DNA of 64,000 bases. It comes from Raja brachyura (lineage: Eukaryota). Of the stretch, positions 49,201 to 63,220 are shown piece by piece; positions within the stretch are counted from its first letter, which is position 1; every line of letters starts with the position of its first letter. The notes under the pieces are model-generated. The model was not told the origin of the DNA and made no database searches. It worked only from the letters and a program-made list of their open reading frames with translations. Location of the stretch: assembly GCA_963514005.1 (NCBI GenBank), contig OY740821.1:14198001-14262000 (forward strand). Direction: 5' to 3'. Both the position numbers and the translations under genes were made by a program.

Positions 49201-51911
49201 ATACTCTGTGCGTCTATCAAATGTCTAATCCTCATGAGGTTTCAGTTGTATTTTTTCCACTGACACAGCAGCTATTTTGAGATAGTAACCCGGCTTTGAA
49301 TGTGGGTGGGGAGTTACTGACCCAGTTTCTGATTGCAGTAAGCTGTATTTTGAAGCTCTTGAGTGTATTTCTGATCCACTGTTCTGTGTTTTTAAATCAA
49401 GGTTCAGGATGGCATCCATCCCGAAATCTTTCAGCTACACACAGTGGCAAAGCTGTTCTTGGGACATCCACTAGCAATCCGTCACATTGATACACGGCAG
49501 GCGGTAAGGAAGTGGGAGAGGAGTTTATTCCTGTTGACCCTTTAGAAACTATTTAAATAATGTAAGTCTGTGGAACTCTATGTAAAACAATGCATTTGTC
49601 TTTAAGATAACGGAATTAATTGTTAAACACAAGTGAGTTGGATATTTTGCAAAGTAAAATTCTGTGGGGTTTTTTAATGAGCCATATGCATTTGACTTCT
49701 GAAATGAAAGGCATGAAGGGAATGGTTGCTCATTGACCTGTACCCTGCTGTTATGTTGTTAGGAAATTTTTAGTCGGGTGATGTTTCTCACTCCGCACAT
49801 GCCCTCCTTCATCCTACGCCATCGTATCCGGAGCCACATCATGGAAATCCGTCATTTGGACCAAGCTTTGAATAGTTTAGGATTGCATGAGCTGTCGGAG
49901 GATGAACTGAGAAATGTGAGTTGAAAGGTTGAGAGTGTGGATGGAGCCAGTTGCTCAGCAATAGCTTGCATTTTCTAAAGTGCTTTTAATGTAGATAAAT
50001 GTTTTGCAGAGCAGCAATTAGATGAAAAATTGATGCAGATTGTAAGAAGCGGACACAAAGCCTGGTTGGGTGGCGTGTAGCTTTTCGGAAGGAATTCGAG
50101 AGGTATGCGGTCTCATCTGCTGACAGCATGATCACCAATGGTGGTGTGAATGGAAATGAAATTCAAGACCTCGAACAGAGTTCATAGAAACACGCTGTAC
50201 AGAATCAGGCCCTTCAGCCCACCATGTCCTTGCTGCCCATCAACCACCCATTTACTCTCTCCATGTTTCCTGCAACTTGCCCTGGATTCTACTGTCCACT
50301 ACAGGCCAGGGTCGATTTACAGTGGCCAATTGACCCACTATCCCATTCATCTTTGGGATATGGGAGTAAACTCGACCCATGCAACCACGGAGAACGGACA
50401 AACTCCCACAGATGGCACCCGAGGTCATGATTGGACCTAGGTTTCTGGCGATGTGAGGCAGCAGCTCCACTAGCTGCACCGCTGTGCTGCCGCAGGCTGC
50501 AAGTCTGGAAAAAGTTAGTGCTAGAGAGGTCAGTTTTAAAATGAGCAATCAGAATGTGGTGGAGGGTTGATTGGCCCCTTTGTCTCTCTCTCTCTCCCCC
50601 CACCCCATATTTCTAAAACACTAGCCTCGTTAATATTGCAACATCAAACGTGCATCCTGATACACATCAGTGTCCAGTAACTGGCAGTCTATAAAACTTT
50701 CAATGGGATGATGTGACAACAGTCCAGAATCTGGAATGTCGTGATTCCAGCATCAGTCCATATTATTTTTCTGTGCCCGATGCAAACGTTGAAATAGATC
50801 TGGAAGCATTGTCCTCTTGCTCTGTTGCTTGGACTATAGAATAGTATTGGGGGTAGAAAGCACCTATGGGTAATAGTGGGACATGGAAGTCTAGAAATAC
50901 TTTGCTTTCTATTTTACTCTATTGTCTTAAAATACAATGGAGAAAGCATTTGTTTTGAACTTCATCACTGTCCTTTGCAAAGTTAAGGGATAAGTTTTAT
51001 TATTGTAAATCCAGGCATTTAAATGTTATTTTTTGTTGCTTTCTCTTGCATTACTCCACCAGGTGAGTAACTTGTTATGAATGCTTTGGAATGAAACCTT
51101 TCCCTGGTGAATAATCAGACTGTTGTGAAAACTTCTGCTGAAGTTTGGCCTGTGTATGGCATGTGATGGTCTTGCGTGAAGTTAGCTATTTGTAATTCAG
51201 ATGCGAGGCTCAACTTGAGTCCATCAGTAATACAAGCCAAATATGCTGGCATTTTGATCTTTTAAAATAATTAATTTAGACACAAGCTCTCTTGTACACT
51301 GAAGCAAAGTAAATGTAACACTGGAAGAGGTTTAATTTGCTGTTTAATAAAAATAAAATGCTGCTTTCTCTGTACTTTGATTTGCCTGCCCAAATATGCT
51401 TGGCCTGCTCATTGTTTCTTTTTGCTTCTGATTTCAAGGCATGTTATGTGAGAGGTTTGAATTCGGTGCACCTGAATGCAGCACAGTGTAAGGACTGGTT
51501 AATCAAATGGCTCCAGCTTTCCAAGAAATTAAAAGGTAAATTAAAAGGTTACCTGTTCGGTGCATTTATCCTCCTGTTGGTGATTAAGTAATTATTCAGT
51601 GGTGTGAACTTTTTACTGCAAAAAATTGTGGGCCATGTTTCCTGCATAAGTATTGTAAAGGGCTTCTCCCGAAATCTAACTTCCATTCTCTAGAATTAAT
51701 TGAACTGTTCGAGCATAGGAGGAAACCATTGTGGCCAATGTAGGAGTTGGAAAGTGATCAGTTTTCTACAATGTGTGCAAGTTAATCATCTGCTAATTCT
51801 AAAAATATAATTTATTTTCTGCTTTTAGATTCTGAAGCCTCTCTGCTATTGCACAGCATGGTGTTACTTTCCACAAATTACCTCAAAAAGCTGCCAGAGA
51901 AAAGCAAGTAA
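39863..51911 (+). CDS. LETMD1: LETM1 domain-containing protein 1, 357 aa: join(39863..39954,43064..43224,46833..46948,47158..47240,48161..48347,49402..49503,49763..49915,51439..51535,51829..51911)
   Basis: MALARGCF..., [80 protein letters not shown] match vertebrate LETMD1. GT-AG introns with consistent phases; 1074 nt open. Confidence 0.93.
40575..40790. mobile_element. Penelope-derived head-to-head remnant (similar one at about 38330-38540)
   Basis: Inverted arms gcagcatctctggagaacatgg...tcttcagac / ccatgttctccatagatgctgc. Confidence 0.6.
44090..44985 (+). mobile_element. CR1/HER1-like LINE 3' fragment in LETMD1 intron 2
   Basis: FADDTKLGG, QRDLGVLVH, RTRGHSLKIRGRPFR...NLWHSLP. Confidence 0.85.
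45000..46060 (+). mobile_element. Older degenerate CR1 fragment
   Basis: PQVSVFVPELFMIYIN...SFAD (decayed PQGSVLGP...FADD), plus a CR1 3' end. Confidence 0.6.
50170..50495 (-). mobile_element. HE1/V-SINE-like SINE
   Basis: Reverse-complement head gcagcacagcggtgcagctagtggagctgctgcctcacatcgccagaaacctaggtcc. Confidence 0.65.
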
Positions 51912-54655
51912 ACCTTAAATGCAAGACTAGGGAGTGGCCATACATGTTTACCCAAGACATCTGTACGTTGTGTTGACAAGGATGTTTTCGTTATTGCCAG
52001 ACAAACTCATGAATGCAAAAATCTGTGACTATTAACTTGCCTCCTCTGATGTACTGACTATGCTGATGAAGACAAAGATGTTTACTTGAAGTACAAATTA
52101 ATTAACTTAAAAGAAACAATGTGCCAGTATTTTTTTTCATTTTAGAGGAGCGTGAGATTTTATTTGAATTGTATTATTTTTCATTTCAAGTCGCACGAGC
52201 AGATTTATTGCTGTGGGAAATAACCACTTTAGTAAGAAATATAGAAAATAGGTTCAGGAGTTGGCCCTTCGAGCCAGCATCGCCATTCAATATGATCATG
52301 GCTGATTATCAGTACCCCGTTCCTGCTTTCTCCCCATATCCCTTGATTCAGTTAGCCCTAAGAGCTGCATCTAACTCTCTCTCGAATACATCAAGAGGTT
52401 CAGAGGTTGCTCTCAAAGTAAGGGTGATGTTCACAGCTTTTGCATGGTTTATGACAGTGGGGCAACATCTTAATCAAGGACAGCGAAAGGAGGTCATTAA
52501 AGTTCCATTTAGATGCACTGCTCCACTGTCTGCTTGTGGACTGGTGTTGGTATTGAAACGCATCGAAGGGTGTGAAGTTCCTGCACTTGCACGAGAGGTA
52601 CCAAGTTCAAGTACCATCTTAAAGGGATTAAGTGCTAATTATTTCCAGACAATCCTTCTAAAGATATAAATTATCCTTTAACCACTGGGGATTCTCAAAC
52701 CTTTAAGTTTTTATATTCAGACTTTTTATTTCTGACTTCCCGTTTGCTTAAATATTCTTCCCTCCCTTGACATGGAAATTTACCGCCTCTAACAATCTGC
52801 ACTGATACTTTTCAAATGTTCTGCATTTTCGAATTTTTTTACCATACACCTTGGTCATCATTATTCAGGCCACAATCCATCAATCCATCTGGTTAAGGAG
52901 ATGCCGTGACACTTACCTTGTTTGCTCATATTCCAGATGCCCCACTTTCCATCCGTCCCTTCCAGCAAGTCGCCATGTAAAATACCACTGGTTGAACTGC
53001 CAAAGGCAAGTATAACTAACAGCAGATGCTGTTCGTTGGTTGAGAGATTTTTTGGTCTTGTTATCAAACAGGACCTCCCATTTGAGTAAGATTACATTAG
53101 GCCAAGGTCAGTGATGAATCTAAAAAGGAGTTTGTATTGCGGATTGATGCTTATTAAAAATTACCCAACCTCTCATTTTACTGACGACTTTGTTGATTGG
53201 ACAATCACCCTAGTGGCCTACATCTGCTATTTTTTCTCCTTTCAGCCGACTCTTGAAAACCAGTTGCTCGTTGCACAGTAGATGGACCCAAGAACTTTCT
53301 TATGTTTGTGAACTATCCTCAAACCCAGAAATATTTGGGCCAGTGACATTAAAACAATAAAAAATACTGTGAATCAATCGGAAAAGGCCACCAATACTCG
53401 GGTAAAGCAGCATCAGTGGAAAAAGAGTTCATGGTTCAGACAGGCTCTGCTGGCTGAGCACAACAGCGGGTCCAGTGGCAAGTTGGGCCTAATCCGTGAC
53501 TTAAAGGTGTTACTAGTACACTGATAGTAGTTACTAAATTTCCAAATAAATTGTATCAGTTGAGTGTGTTGGATAATGCTTTCTAATCCTGCATTTCCCG
53601 AGTAGCTAAATTATTAAAGAATATAATACTTTAGATTGGCTAAATTACTAGTTTAGTTGGCTGTTGCAGCAATGCAATTCCATATTTGTTTTGGCTGAGG
53701 TTACATTTAAAGATGCTGCTGCCCATTTTAACCCCAATATACAGCAGCAAAGGGAAGTCTAAACTTTATCAATTTACATTTGAGATGTTGCCAACAATTT
53801 ATCCATTGCTTTTATATTTTAATCCTATTTTTAAAATATCCGAATGCTCCCACAGCTTCTGATAGTTTCATTGTCTCAATGTGCATGGTGATTGAGTGTA
53901 ATTCAAGGTATGAGATGTTATTGTCTGCCACCTAAACAGGAAGGTTAAGGCATTCAAAGTTTAAGCACTGATGTTTGAATTCTGATGGTTAGAAAAAAAC
54001 CCTGCAATTTACCAGGACATGTGTCCTCTTCAGTGATTTACATCTTAAATTTGTGGCACTGGCCTCTGTTACAAGGCAGCTGTCACCATCATCTTGGGGT
54101 AGATTTCCTTTTCCATATGAAACATCATACTACATTTTGAATAGTTGGAGTAAATGGAGATGACTTACAGATTCTTTTCCAAAGTTGCATTTAAGGCGTC
54201 GGGGGTGATTTTTCACTTTCACTGCCTGACTGCTGGTTGAATGGTTTGCTTGCCCTTTCAAAGCAAGTGGTCCTTCCATCTGAAGCTGCATCACAAATCT
54301 GTACAAAATGGACAATTTAATTCCTTTTATGAAATTTGGATTAACATGCTCATCTAAGTAGGTTTTGTATAAACACCTATTGCACTGATAGCCTGTTTGT
54401 ACGCTCCTGTACTAATTGTTTTTGTGATTTTTATTTTTGAATTGTGCACTGCATATGACATGTCAAAGTTTACTTTTCGTTCTCTTGAGTTGTACTTAAT
54501 TTTTATGTGAAGATGGATGCCTTAATTCAACAAGTACTTTCATTTGTAAAATGCACTGCAAATGGATATGTGACTGAGCTCAGTTGTGGTTAACTTCAAT
54601 GTGGAAAAAGTATAAAATCCCTTGGATGTGAATAAACAAATATTTTTTACTTTTT
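51912..54655 (+). other. Probable LETMD1 3' UTR; poly(A) signal AATAAA at 54631-54636
   Basis: AATAAA followed by a T/GT-rich tract. Inference only. Confidence 0.4.
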
Positions 54656-57600
54656 GTCATGATGCTTTGGTCAAGTTGGTTAGTGTCCAGTAAATATGAC
54701 AACGTTGCAAGGGCTGGATATTAGGTAAATTATATTTAGCCCTTGTTGGTAAGGTCCTAAAACTAATTAATTCATGGTAAAGCTTTTGAGTCCCTTGCCC
54801 CAGAGGTCAATAGCAGCGCATAGTGAGTGACTTCATGATATGAAAGGCCAGCATACTGAAAAAATGGCCAACTCCATGTTTTTAAAGATCTTAGAGGAAG
54901 CAGTAGAGATATGATCTAGATGCACAAAGGTGTGTGGTGGGGGAAAGGAAGCACAGGAAGCTATAATTGAGTGGGGAAAATAACTAAAAGATAGGGCTAG
55001 GCTTCACTGTCCCTGCTTAGTTTACTATGCACCAATTCTTGTCATGTTACCATAAACCTTCTACATTAAGCTCCTCAACTTTTTAACTTCCAATAACAGC
55101 TCATCTGGTCTCCATTCCAAATGTCCTTAGGATACATTGATTAAACTCCAGCTTTGGAACGGAGGTTGCAGCGTTAGGGTTGTCGCATCAGCCACTGATG
55201 GAGTAAGAGCCCCCTATCTATCTACTTGATAACATTGAAGATGGTTACAAAAGACACAATGATTGCAGAATCTCAATCAAACAGGTTTACACCAATCAAT
55301 ATTTAATATAAATATTGCATCTATGTTCATCACACTTGCTTCTCCAAGATCCAATTGACTTGAAGTCGTGCTTAGAGCAATCAACATTTACTGACCCAAT
55401 AAGGCACAGCCACAGGCTCTTAAAGGGATACACCACTTTATGCACATTTACACTTTAGCAGCAATATTATACATGCTGAGCACAGACTAGTGCTGCAGTG
55501 TTTATAAAACACAGCTTAGCTGCCCTACTATGAGCAGCACTGTACGATTCGGCTGGCTGTTGTTTTAAATACCTCCATTAGCAAGAGATAGCAGGAACTT
55601 TGTATTACCTTGCCGGATACTGGTCATTGAACAGAACACTACATTATCCCCTGAATAATCTTTTAAACAAAGGATTGTTTTTTTTTTCTATCCAAATGAC
55701 AGCCCTGAAAGGGGCACTTGAAACACAAAATACTGATCCAGTTCAAACAAAGAAACACTATTCAAACTTCTTAAAATAATTCAGATGTTTTGAATCAAAT
55801 TTTAAATTCTCATTTTGCTGCTGTGATTTAAAGTAACTTATTCAGTAAATATTTAAAATGTTTCTTTTGCATTATAGCAATGGCAGCTTTGATATGACAC
55901 TTGCACTACTTAATTTTGGATGAAAGAGAAATAGTATTTCACTATGACAGCTTATTTGATAATAATGTTCATGGTGACACAGCAATCTCAAAATTTAGTG
56001 GACCTGCCTTGATTTTTTAAAGCATCAACCAAAACCCTATAATATGGCTTTAGTGCAGAAATTAGTTCCATTTGAGAATAAGGAATATTCAATTGACAAA
56101 AACAATTGCTTTGTGCTTTATTACCGAGTCATCCCACCTCCTGTTGTAGTTCTGTGGCAATTGCAAAAATCCGGGGATTTCAACGAGACAGTCAATTTCA
56201 CAGACCGCTGTTTGGGACAGTTGGCACTTGGAATGGAATTGAAAGGTAGTCAGACACTGCATTTTTAAACGGAGGGGGCAGCTTGTCCTTGGAACATTGA
56301 CAGGCAATCTTGCAAAGCCCCATAGTTGGTGGTGTAGCCTTTTAAGCTTTAAGGTCTGACCAACTAATCGTGGCAGTTATCTGGAACAAATCACAAGCAC
56401 TGAAGTAGCTCAAGTTTGATACTTACTGGAAATTAAGCAGGGACTCACGAGCATTAGGGAATATAAATTTAACAGGCCGAGACCCTACCAACACTTTTTA
56501 GCAGTTTACTTTAACATAAATGGCAATCATTAGCTAAATGTGCAAATATAGGGCAGTGCCAGAAAAGATGTTGCACTTCCTCTCACTGGTTCAAAAGTAA
56601 TCCACCATCACCCACCAAATAGTTTCCAACAAAATTCCTTTAAATTGTTTGCAGCACGTAGTGAGTGACTTCATGATATGAAAGGCCAGTTCTATTCAAT
56701 GAAGATAGAACCTTGTGGAAAGTAATCAAATCCATGCCCATTGTTCTTCAGGCTCCATTCCTTTGTGGTAATTTGTTAATACTCTGAATTGTCTTCTTGC
56801 CCCGTGCACTACCACCACCCCTTCCCCACCACCACCCTGACACGGTTCATCTCCTTCACAGTAAATAATTCCAGACAGTAATGCGGTCAGCAAAAGTGGC
56901 AGTCATATTGCGCATAGCAAGCTCCCATAATCAGCAGGTAAGGGCCTGATGATCTGCTCCTTAATGTTGGTCGCAGGAGTATTTTTGGTCAGGAGACCAG
57001 GGAGATCACCCCTGCTCTTCTGAAGAGAGCTGTGAAATCTTTTGCATCCGGCCTCTTTCATAACTCGCCAAAAAATGACACTTGTTAAAGTGGGGTGCTA
57101 CATTGGCATCGCTCCTCTGCCAGCCTGACACTGTTGGCATTGCTCCTCTGGCAACAGCTCCCTCAGCATTGCCCCTCCAGCATTACACTGTACTGCAAGT
57201 GCCAGTCTAGAGCTTGTGCTCATGCCACTCTAGCAGGACTTGAATGCACAATCTCAGACTCAGAAAGAGGAGAAGATCTGAGCCATGGTGGGAAGAATCC
57301 CTGTATTGTTCACAGAATAGGAGCAGAGTCCATAGGGGAGGTGCTAAGTAATTCCCAGTTCTTGCTTTGCGCCTCATTTAATCCAAACCATTTTCACACA
57401 ACACAAACCAGACTCAGGGCAGAGAAAGTCCACTTTGCAATATTGATTCAAAGGGTGAGAGCCTTTATTGAAAAGAAATGTTTTGCGATGTTTGTCAGCC
57501 GCTAATCTCAATGCTGCAATTTGCGCCAAGACTACAATTTTGCGACACAACAGATGTATTGCGATGGAAACGGTGCAGAGATGTTTGTGCGCTTTCATGC

Positions 57601-60600
57601 CCGATTATGGTTTGGGGACAAAATGCAACCCATTTACAGTTGGCTGGGGCAGGGAAGAGAAACGAGGATTACAACCCACACAGAATAATATGGCAGAACA
57701 AATCAGCAAGAAGCAACTTAGACTTAAACCAGTTTACATTTGATCACATAAACATCTCAGTCCTTGGTCACTTTAGAAATATTTGAGTATGCCCTGCATT
57801 AATATTGCAGGTTTGTTGCCAGTTTATATTCTCCAACAATACAATAGTTTTCAGTCATTCACATAGTGACAGCTGGCATCAAAACATACTTTGAAGCAAC
57901 TCAGTTCAGCAACTTGTTAAAAGAGGCAAATTCTAGTGAGACATTCAACTCCATAGACAGTTCATACCCTCTTATCTTGGTCCTGCAGGTTATCATTACA
58001 TTTACTATAAAATATGATGTAAAATTTGCACAAGTGCACTTTCTTATAAGCAACTGGTACAATGCAGAAGGTTGTTGCATCAAAACTGTAAGTTGTCCAC
58101 TTGCTTTGCAGCAGCTTCGAATGCAGAGCTTCTTGGATATAGGGCAGTAATCCAAACATGGTGCAATGTGGTGTCGAGCTACTTACAGAACCATTTTGTG
58201 TTTGCTGTCCTAGATGCAGCGTTTGCTTTATAAAATCCCAGTAGTGGCAGGAGTGCTGTGTTCCAAGTGGTGACATTTGCTTGACACACCCCATTAAATA
58301 AAAATCAAAAACTCTTACTACACCCCCCCCCCCCCCCTTGCTCCCACATCCGCTCCCCTCCTGCACCCCCACCACCAGTTAAAACGGGCACAGTTGGCCT
58401 CCAGGAGCACTTTAAAGCGCTTCAAAATCAGCTACTCCTTCGTGTTCAGTCACAGCGCACGCACACCACCAAATGTTTTCTTTTCAAAAAAGCAAGTTTT
58501 ACCTCAGTCTGCTTCAAGATGTTTTTTGTCCCAATTACTTTCAAAGCTGTTTGTAACGTTGATTTCCCCCTTAAGATGGCAGCAGTGAGAAGCATTATAT
58601 TATATGTACAGTACCTACAGATACATTTGCACCAAACTGGTCACAAGGCCACTAACAAAGTGCAACAGTGACAACTATCAATAAAAAAATCTTATTCAAA
58701 TTCCTTCCCCTCTCCCACACAGCCCCAAAGACTTATACCATAAGATGAAAAGAGTATAACTCAATTAGTTTTATTAATGTCCTTCCAAGAAGGAAATCTC
58801 CACTCTTTTTACCTTGTCCTGTGCGTAGCAATAGTTTGACTCTTAACTGACATTTGAAATGGCAAGCCATTCAGTTTTAACAGCATTTAAAGATGTTCAT
58901 TAAATGCTGGCCTTGCATTTTTTATTCAGCCCGTGAATAAAAAGCCTTCATGAATCACTGTTTAAGACTGTTCCTGGATCTTTGTGAATTCGCAGTACAG
59001 ATCATTTTCCCCTTTGAGCACCAGATATTTGTATCAAGCACATCCAAACTTAGGAGGGTTAAATGCAGGATCAAAATTCCTCGGACAGTATCTTCACAAG
59101 ACTGTTTAATTTCAGCCACAGAGCAACTGGTGGCTAATGTGACATATTCCATTTTCACACTGGCTGTCCCAATAGCCTCATTTGAAAGCTCTGCCCAAGT
59201 TTTCTTTTGGCCAGTCGGGTTTATTTTTTAATCCATCCTCCCTCCAGGCAACAAAGGATCTACTCTTCTTTTGACTGAACAGACTATCTGAGCCAGGTTT
59301 AGCGGAAATAGTTTTACACTCTTCCCTTCTCAAACATGGCATCTGTTCAGCTTCAATCATAATCACATAAATCACACTGTTTTCCTACAAATTCACCCAG
59401 AGTTGGATATGCACACAGCTTAAAACATAGCTTCTCATACGCTCAGCTTTTTCAAATGATTCCTTATAAATAAACCAATCAATGCTGCTAACCAGTATGC
59501 AGTGATTTAACAAAGAATTTTACACATTTTTATACATAATTCACAAGACTCAAATATATTTAAATAAATTCTCCCCACATATTCATCCAGTTTTACCAAA
59601 GTGCTTTTCATAAAAAGTGTATTGAATCACTTGTGGGTTGAACTCCACACAAGTGGTTGTCAGCCTTAGTCATTTCAACAAATTATTCCATTTCAATTAT
59701 AGAATTGTTTCAAGGCAGATGCCAGAATTGGGAGAAGCTGAGTGAAAGAGTCAGGGATTGTAAAAGAAAAGATTAGCAGCAAGTCAGGTGACAAGCCCAG
59801 CCCACTATGCAATTCTGGAAACTTCAGATTCAGCACGAAGGTGTGCAGTAGAAAGCCTCTTTAGGAGGGCAGCTTCACACATTACATTTGAACCCATCTG
59901 AAATTGGGCCAATTTTAATCAAAGTAACATTGCTCGCAGCCCTTGAAATGGGTGGAGAGGTGACGAGATGCTCTCCAAAGCCGCTTGTAGTCCCATGATC
60001 AAAGTGATGTGTGCCAAGCCTCCTCCAGCAGCCAGACAATGACTGCTGCACATCTGAAAAGGTGCAGAGCTCAGAGATCATCTCGCTCTCTGTATAGGTC
60101 CAACTCGATGTGAGCTGACCGGCAGCTTCAGAGCCGGTGGGAGAGGCCAATGGCATGTGGAACTGTGCAGTGGCAGAGCTCCAACTGTGATGCTGTGTAA
60201 CGGCAGTGAACAGGCACAAGGAATAAATGCTGGCTACATCAGACTCAGAGCAGACAGGGCAGAGGTCAGGGTGGAGGGGAAGTACATTTTTTTCTTAAAT
60301 GCAACCAGGTCTATTCAAAAAGATAGGAAGAGCAGAACTTGAAGCAACTTGTGAGATATATATTTTTAAATCACTCGCTGGGTAAAATTAACTTGGAATC
60401 TCTGCTATAAGGCCAGTGGATCATTCAGAGATAACTATGAAGGACACAGACTGACAACCACATACCGACAGAGATAGAAACTTCAGCACTTGCAGTGGAT
60501 AGATCGAATGACTGCATTTCCACCACAAAAGCAAAACAAAAAAAAAATCAATGACACATTAACTTTTTAAAAAGGTACCTTTCCGATTCAATGCATAATC

Positions 60601-60819
60601 TCCGGTCATTTCAGATCACTGTTTTGCTCCTTGTGTGTGCTTTGTTCAAATGACCTCTCACTAAATCAAACTGTTACACATTGACTGCAGGTTAAGATGC
60701 AAGATCCAAGTTGCAATTTACAGGCTTCAGAGCCAGACTGGATTTAAAAATTGAGAGTTGTTCCTGTAAACAGGATAGATCAACTAGAAAGAGTTCCAAC
60801 AGACAGGGCTTCTTCAACA

Positions 60820-60990
60820 CCAAAGTACACAAAAATGCTGGAGAAGCTTGGTGGAAACTTCAGTCTGAAGAAGGGTTTCTGCCCGAAACGTTGCCTATTT
60901 CCTTCACTCCATAGATGCTGCTGCACCCGCTGAGTTTCTCCAGCATTTTTGTGTACCTTCGATTTTCCAGCATCTGCAGTTCCTTCTTAA
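60820..60990 (+). mobile_element. Penelope terminal fragment with a short inverted 5' arm and an intact hammerhead-like core
   Basis: gtacacaaaaatgctggagaa is inverted to ttctccagcatttttgtgtac. Core CTGAAGAagggtttctgcccGAAACGTTgcc at 60865-60895. Confidence 0.75.
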
Positions 60991-62454
60991 ATTCTTCATT
61001 AGCTTACAGATTGATGGTTCTTCTGAAACAAAGATAGCATTTGAAGATAAATGTTGATTGAGCACCTACAGCCGATGCCAGATTGGGGTCAGGTGTATAA
61101 ATACAGTCCTCAGCAAATTGTCCTCGATTAGGGCCAGGTATATAAACACCATCTTTATTCTAATTCACATCTGCCTGGATTTAGATGCACTGAACAGGCA
61201 TCTAGACACTGAAGCACGTACAAGGGGACCCCAACACGCACTAACACCCCCCCCCCCCCCCCCCTTCCCTTCTGGTGGAAATAAGAGAGACCCCTCGCAA
61301 AGGAACTAATCCCTTCTCACCTCATTCCAATTTTACGTCAGCATTCTGGCACACAGCTACAAAACCTTACTCCTAGTGAAGGATAGACATTCAAAGCAAC
61401 ACAAGGGTGAGTAATTGATCACTTCAGCTGTAATGTGAATGAGACCCAACAGTGCAGTGCATTCTGTCTACAAGTTGCTCTGCAATAGCAAGGTTTTTCA
61501 CGACCTCGGTACACGTGACAATAATAAACCATTACCAATTTGCCAGGACATTCCTCTCCTCCCCTCTCCCACCCTGAAGGACAAGACAAACAGGTACAGA
61601 AAAACAGCATCGCCTGCAGGTTCCCTTCCAAGTTGCACTCCGTCCTTGCTTGGAAATATAATCATGGTTATTTCAAAGTTCCTGGGTCTAAATGCTGGAA
61701 CTCCTTCCACAACAGCACTGTGGGAGCATCATCATCATCAGGGGAACTGCAGCAGTTCAAAACAGCAGCTCACCCCACTTTCTCAAGGGCAATTGGGAAT
61801 GGGTAACACTTGGCAGGGGAAGAAAATATAAATGGGTTTATGAGCGGTAAGTGAAAATATGAAGCAAAGCACTTACTACAGAAGAAGCCAACTCAGCCAG
61901 TGTAACTATGCATGAAGTCGAGAGATCTGGAGGTATTTGGAGCTTCAAATATCTGTGCAAACCAAACTGTCAGCCTCTGGTCATCGTGGACCTTGAACAC
62001 TGGGCCTTGTTTTGGTCAGATCAGAAACATGCTAAATTATTGGAGCGCTTTTGAGAATGGCTGCAAGAACCAAGAACATACATGTAGGTTTAAGAGCAAG
62101 AGGTGAAAAGGCATTCAGCTGTTTCATTGTCAGCAACAAGATGATCTTCCAGAACCTCCAAAGCAGCAAAGCCACAGCATCTCAAACCTCTTATCCGTGT
62201 GCCCTTTTGACTTGTTGAACTAATTCCCATTTTGCTCTCAGTAGAATGGGAAAGGGATTACATTTTAAGTATTATTTTGTATCACTGGATACTCACCTCA
62301 CCTTCACTAAGAGTATTGTTTTTGGAAGGGATTGGTAATGGTGAAACAATTCAGGTACACAGACTAAAGAATGGTGTACAGAACAAATACTGGGCAGGAT
62401 AATAATGCTACAGCTATTAAGAAGCTATCAATGTCATCAATGTGCATAACCCAG

Positions 62455-63220
62455 TTCCTGTGACAAATGGCATGCCTCAGGGTTCAGTGCTGGGCCTATT
62501 GTTGTATGTCATCAATATCAATGATTTGGATGAGAACATACAAGGCATGATTAGCCAGTTTGCAGATGACACTAAAGTGGGTGGCATTGAAAACAGTGAA
62601 GATGGTTGCCATAAATTACAGCAGGATCGTGATCGGTTGGCCAGATGGGCTGAGGAATAGTTGATGGAATTCAATGCAGAGATGTGCGAGGTGCTGCATT
62701 TTGGGAAGTCTAACGAGGCCGGACATCCACCGTGAATGGCAGGACTCTGGGGAGTGTTGTAGAGCAGAGGGATCAAGGAGTGCAGGTACATAGTTCCTTG
62801 AAAGTGGCGTCACAGGTAGATAGGGTGGTCAAGAAGATTTTGGCACGTTGGCCTTCATCAGTTCGAGCATTGAGTATAGAAGTTGGGAGGTCATGTTACA
62901 GTTGTACAAGACATTGGTGAGGCCACATTTAGAGTATTGTGCTCAGTTTTGGTCACCCTGTTATAGGATATAAGTTATTAAGTTGGAAAGGGCGGAGAAG
63001 ATTTACAAGGATGTTGTCAGGACTAGAGGGCCTGAGCTAAGAGGTTGAGTAGACTAGGATCTTATTCCTTGGAGCGCAGGAAGTTGAGGGGTCATCTTAT
63101 AGGGGTGTATAAAATCATGAGTGGAATAGATATGGTAAATGTACTTTTATCCAGAAATCAAGAACCAGAGGTGTGGAAAGTTGGGCCAAAGGGCCTGTTC
63201 CCACGCTGTATGTCTCTTAC
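62455..63220 (+). mobile_element. CR1/HER1-like LINE RT fragment
   Basis: PVTNGMPQGSVLGLLLYVININDLD...SQFADDTKVGG...LQQDRDRL. Confidence 0.85.

Noticed and set aside
52121-52669. 182-aa ORF downstream of LETMD1
   Set aside because: Non-ATG start, it spans an antisense CR1 tail, and it has no recognisable motif.
59875-60219. Minus-strand 114-aa ORF as a CSRNP2 exon
   Set aside because: No recognisable similarity to CSRNP proteins and no convincing splice signals.
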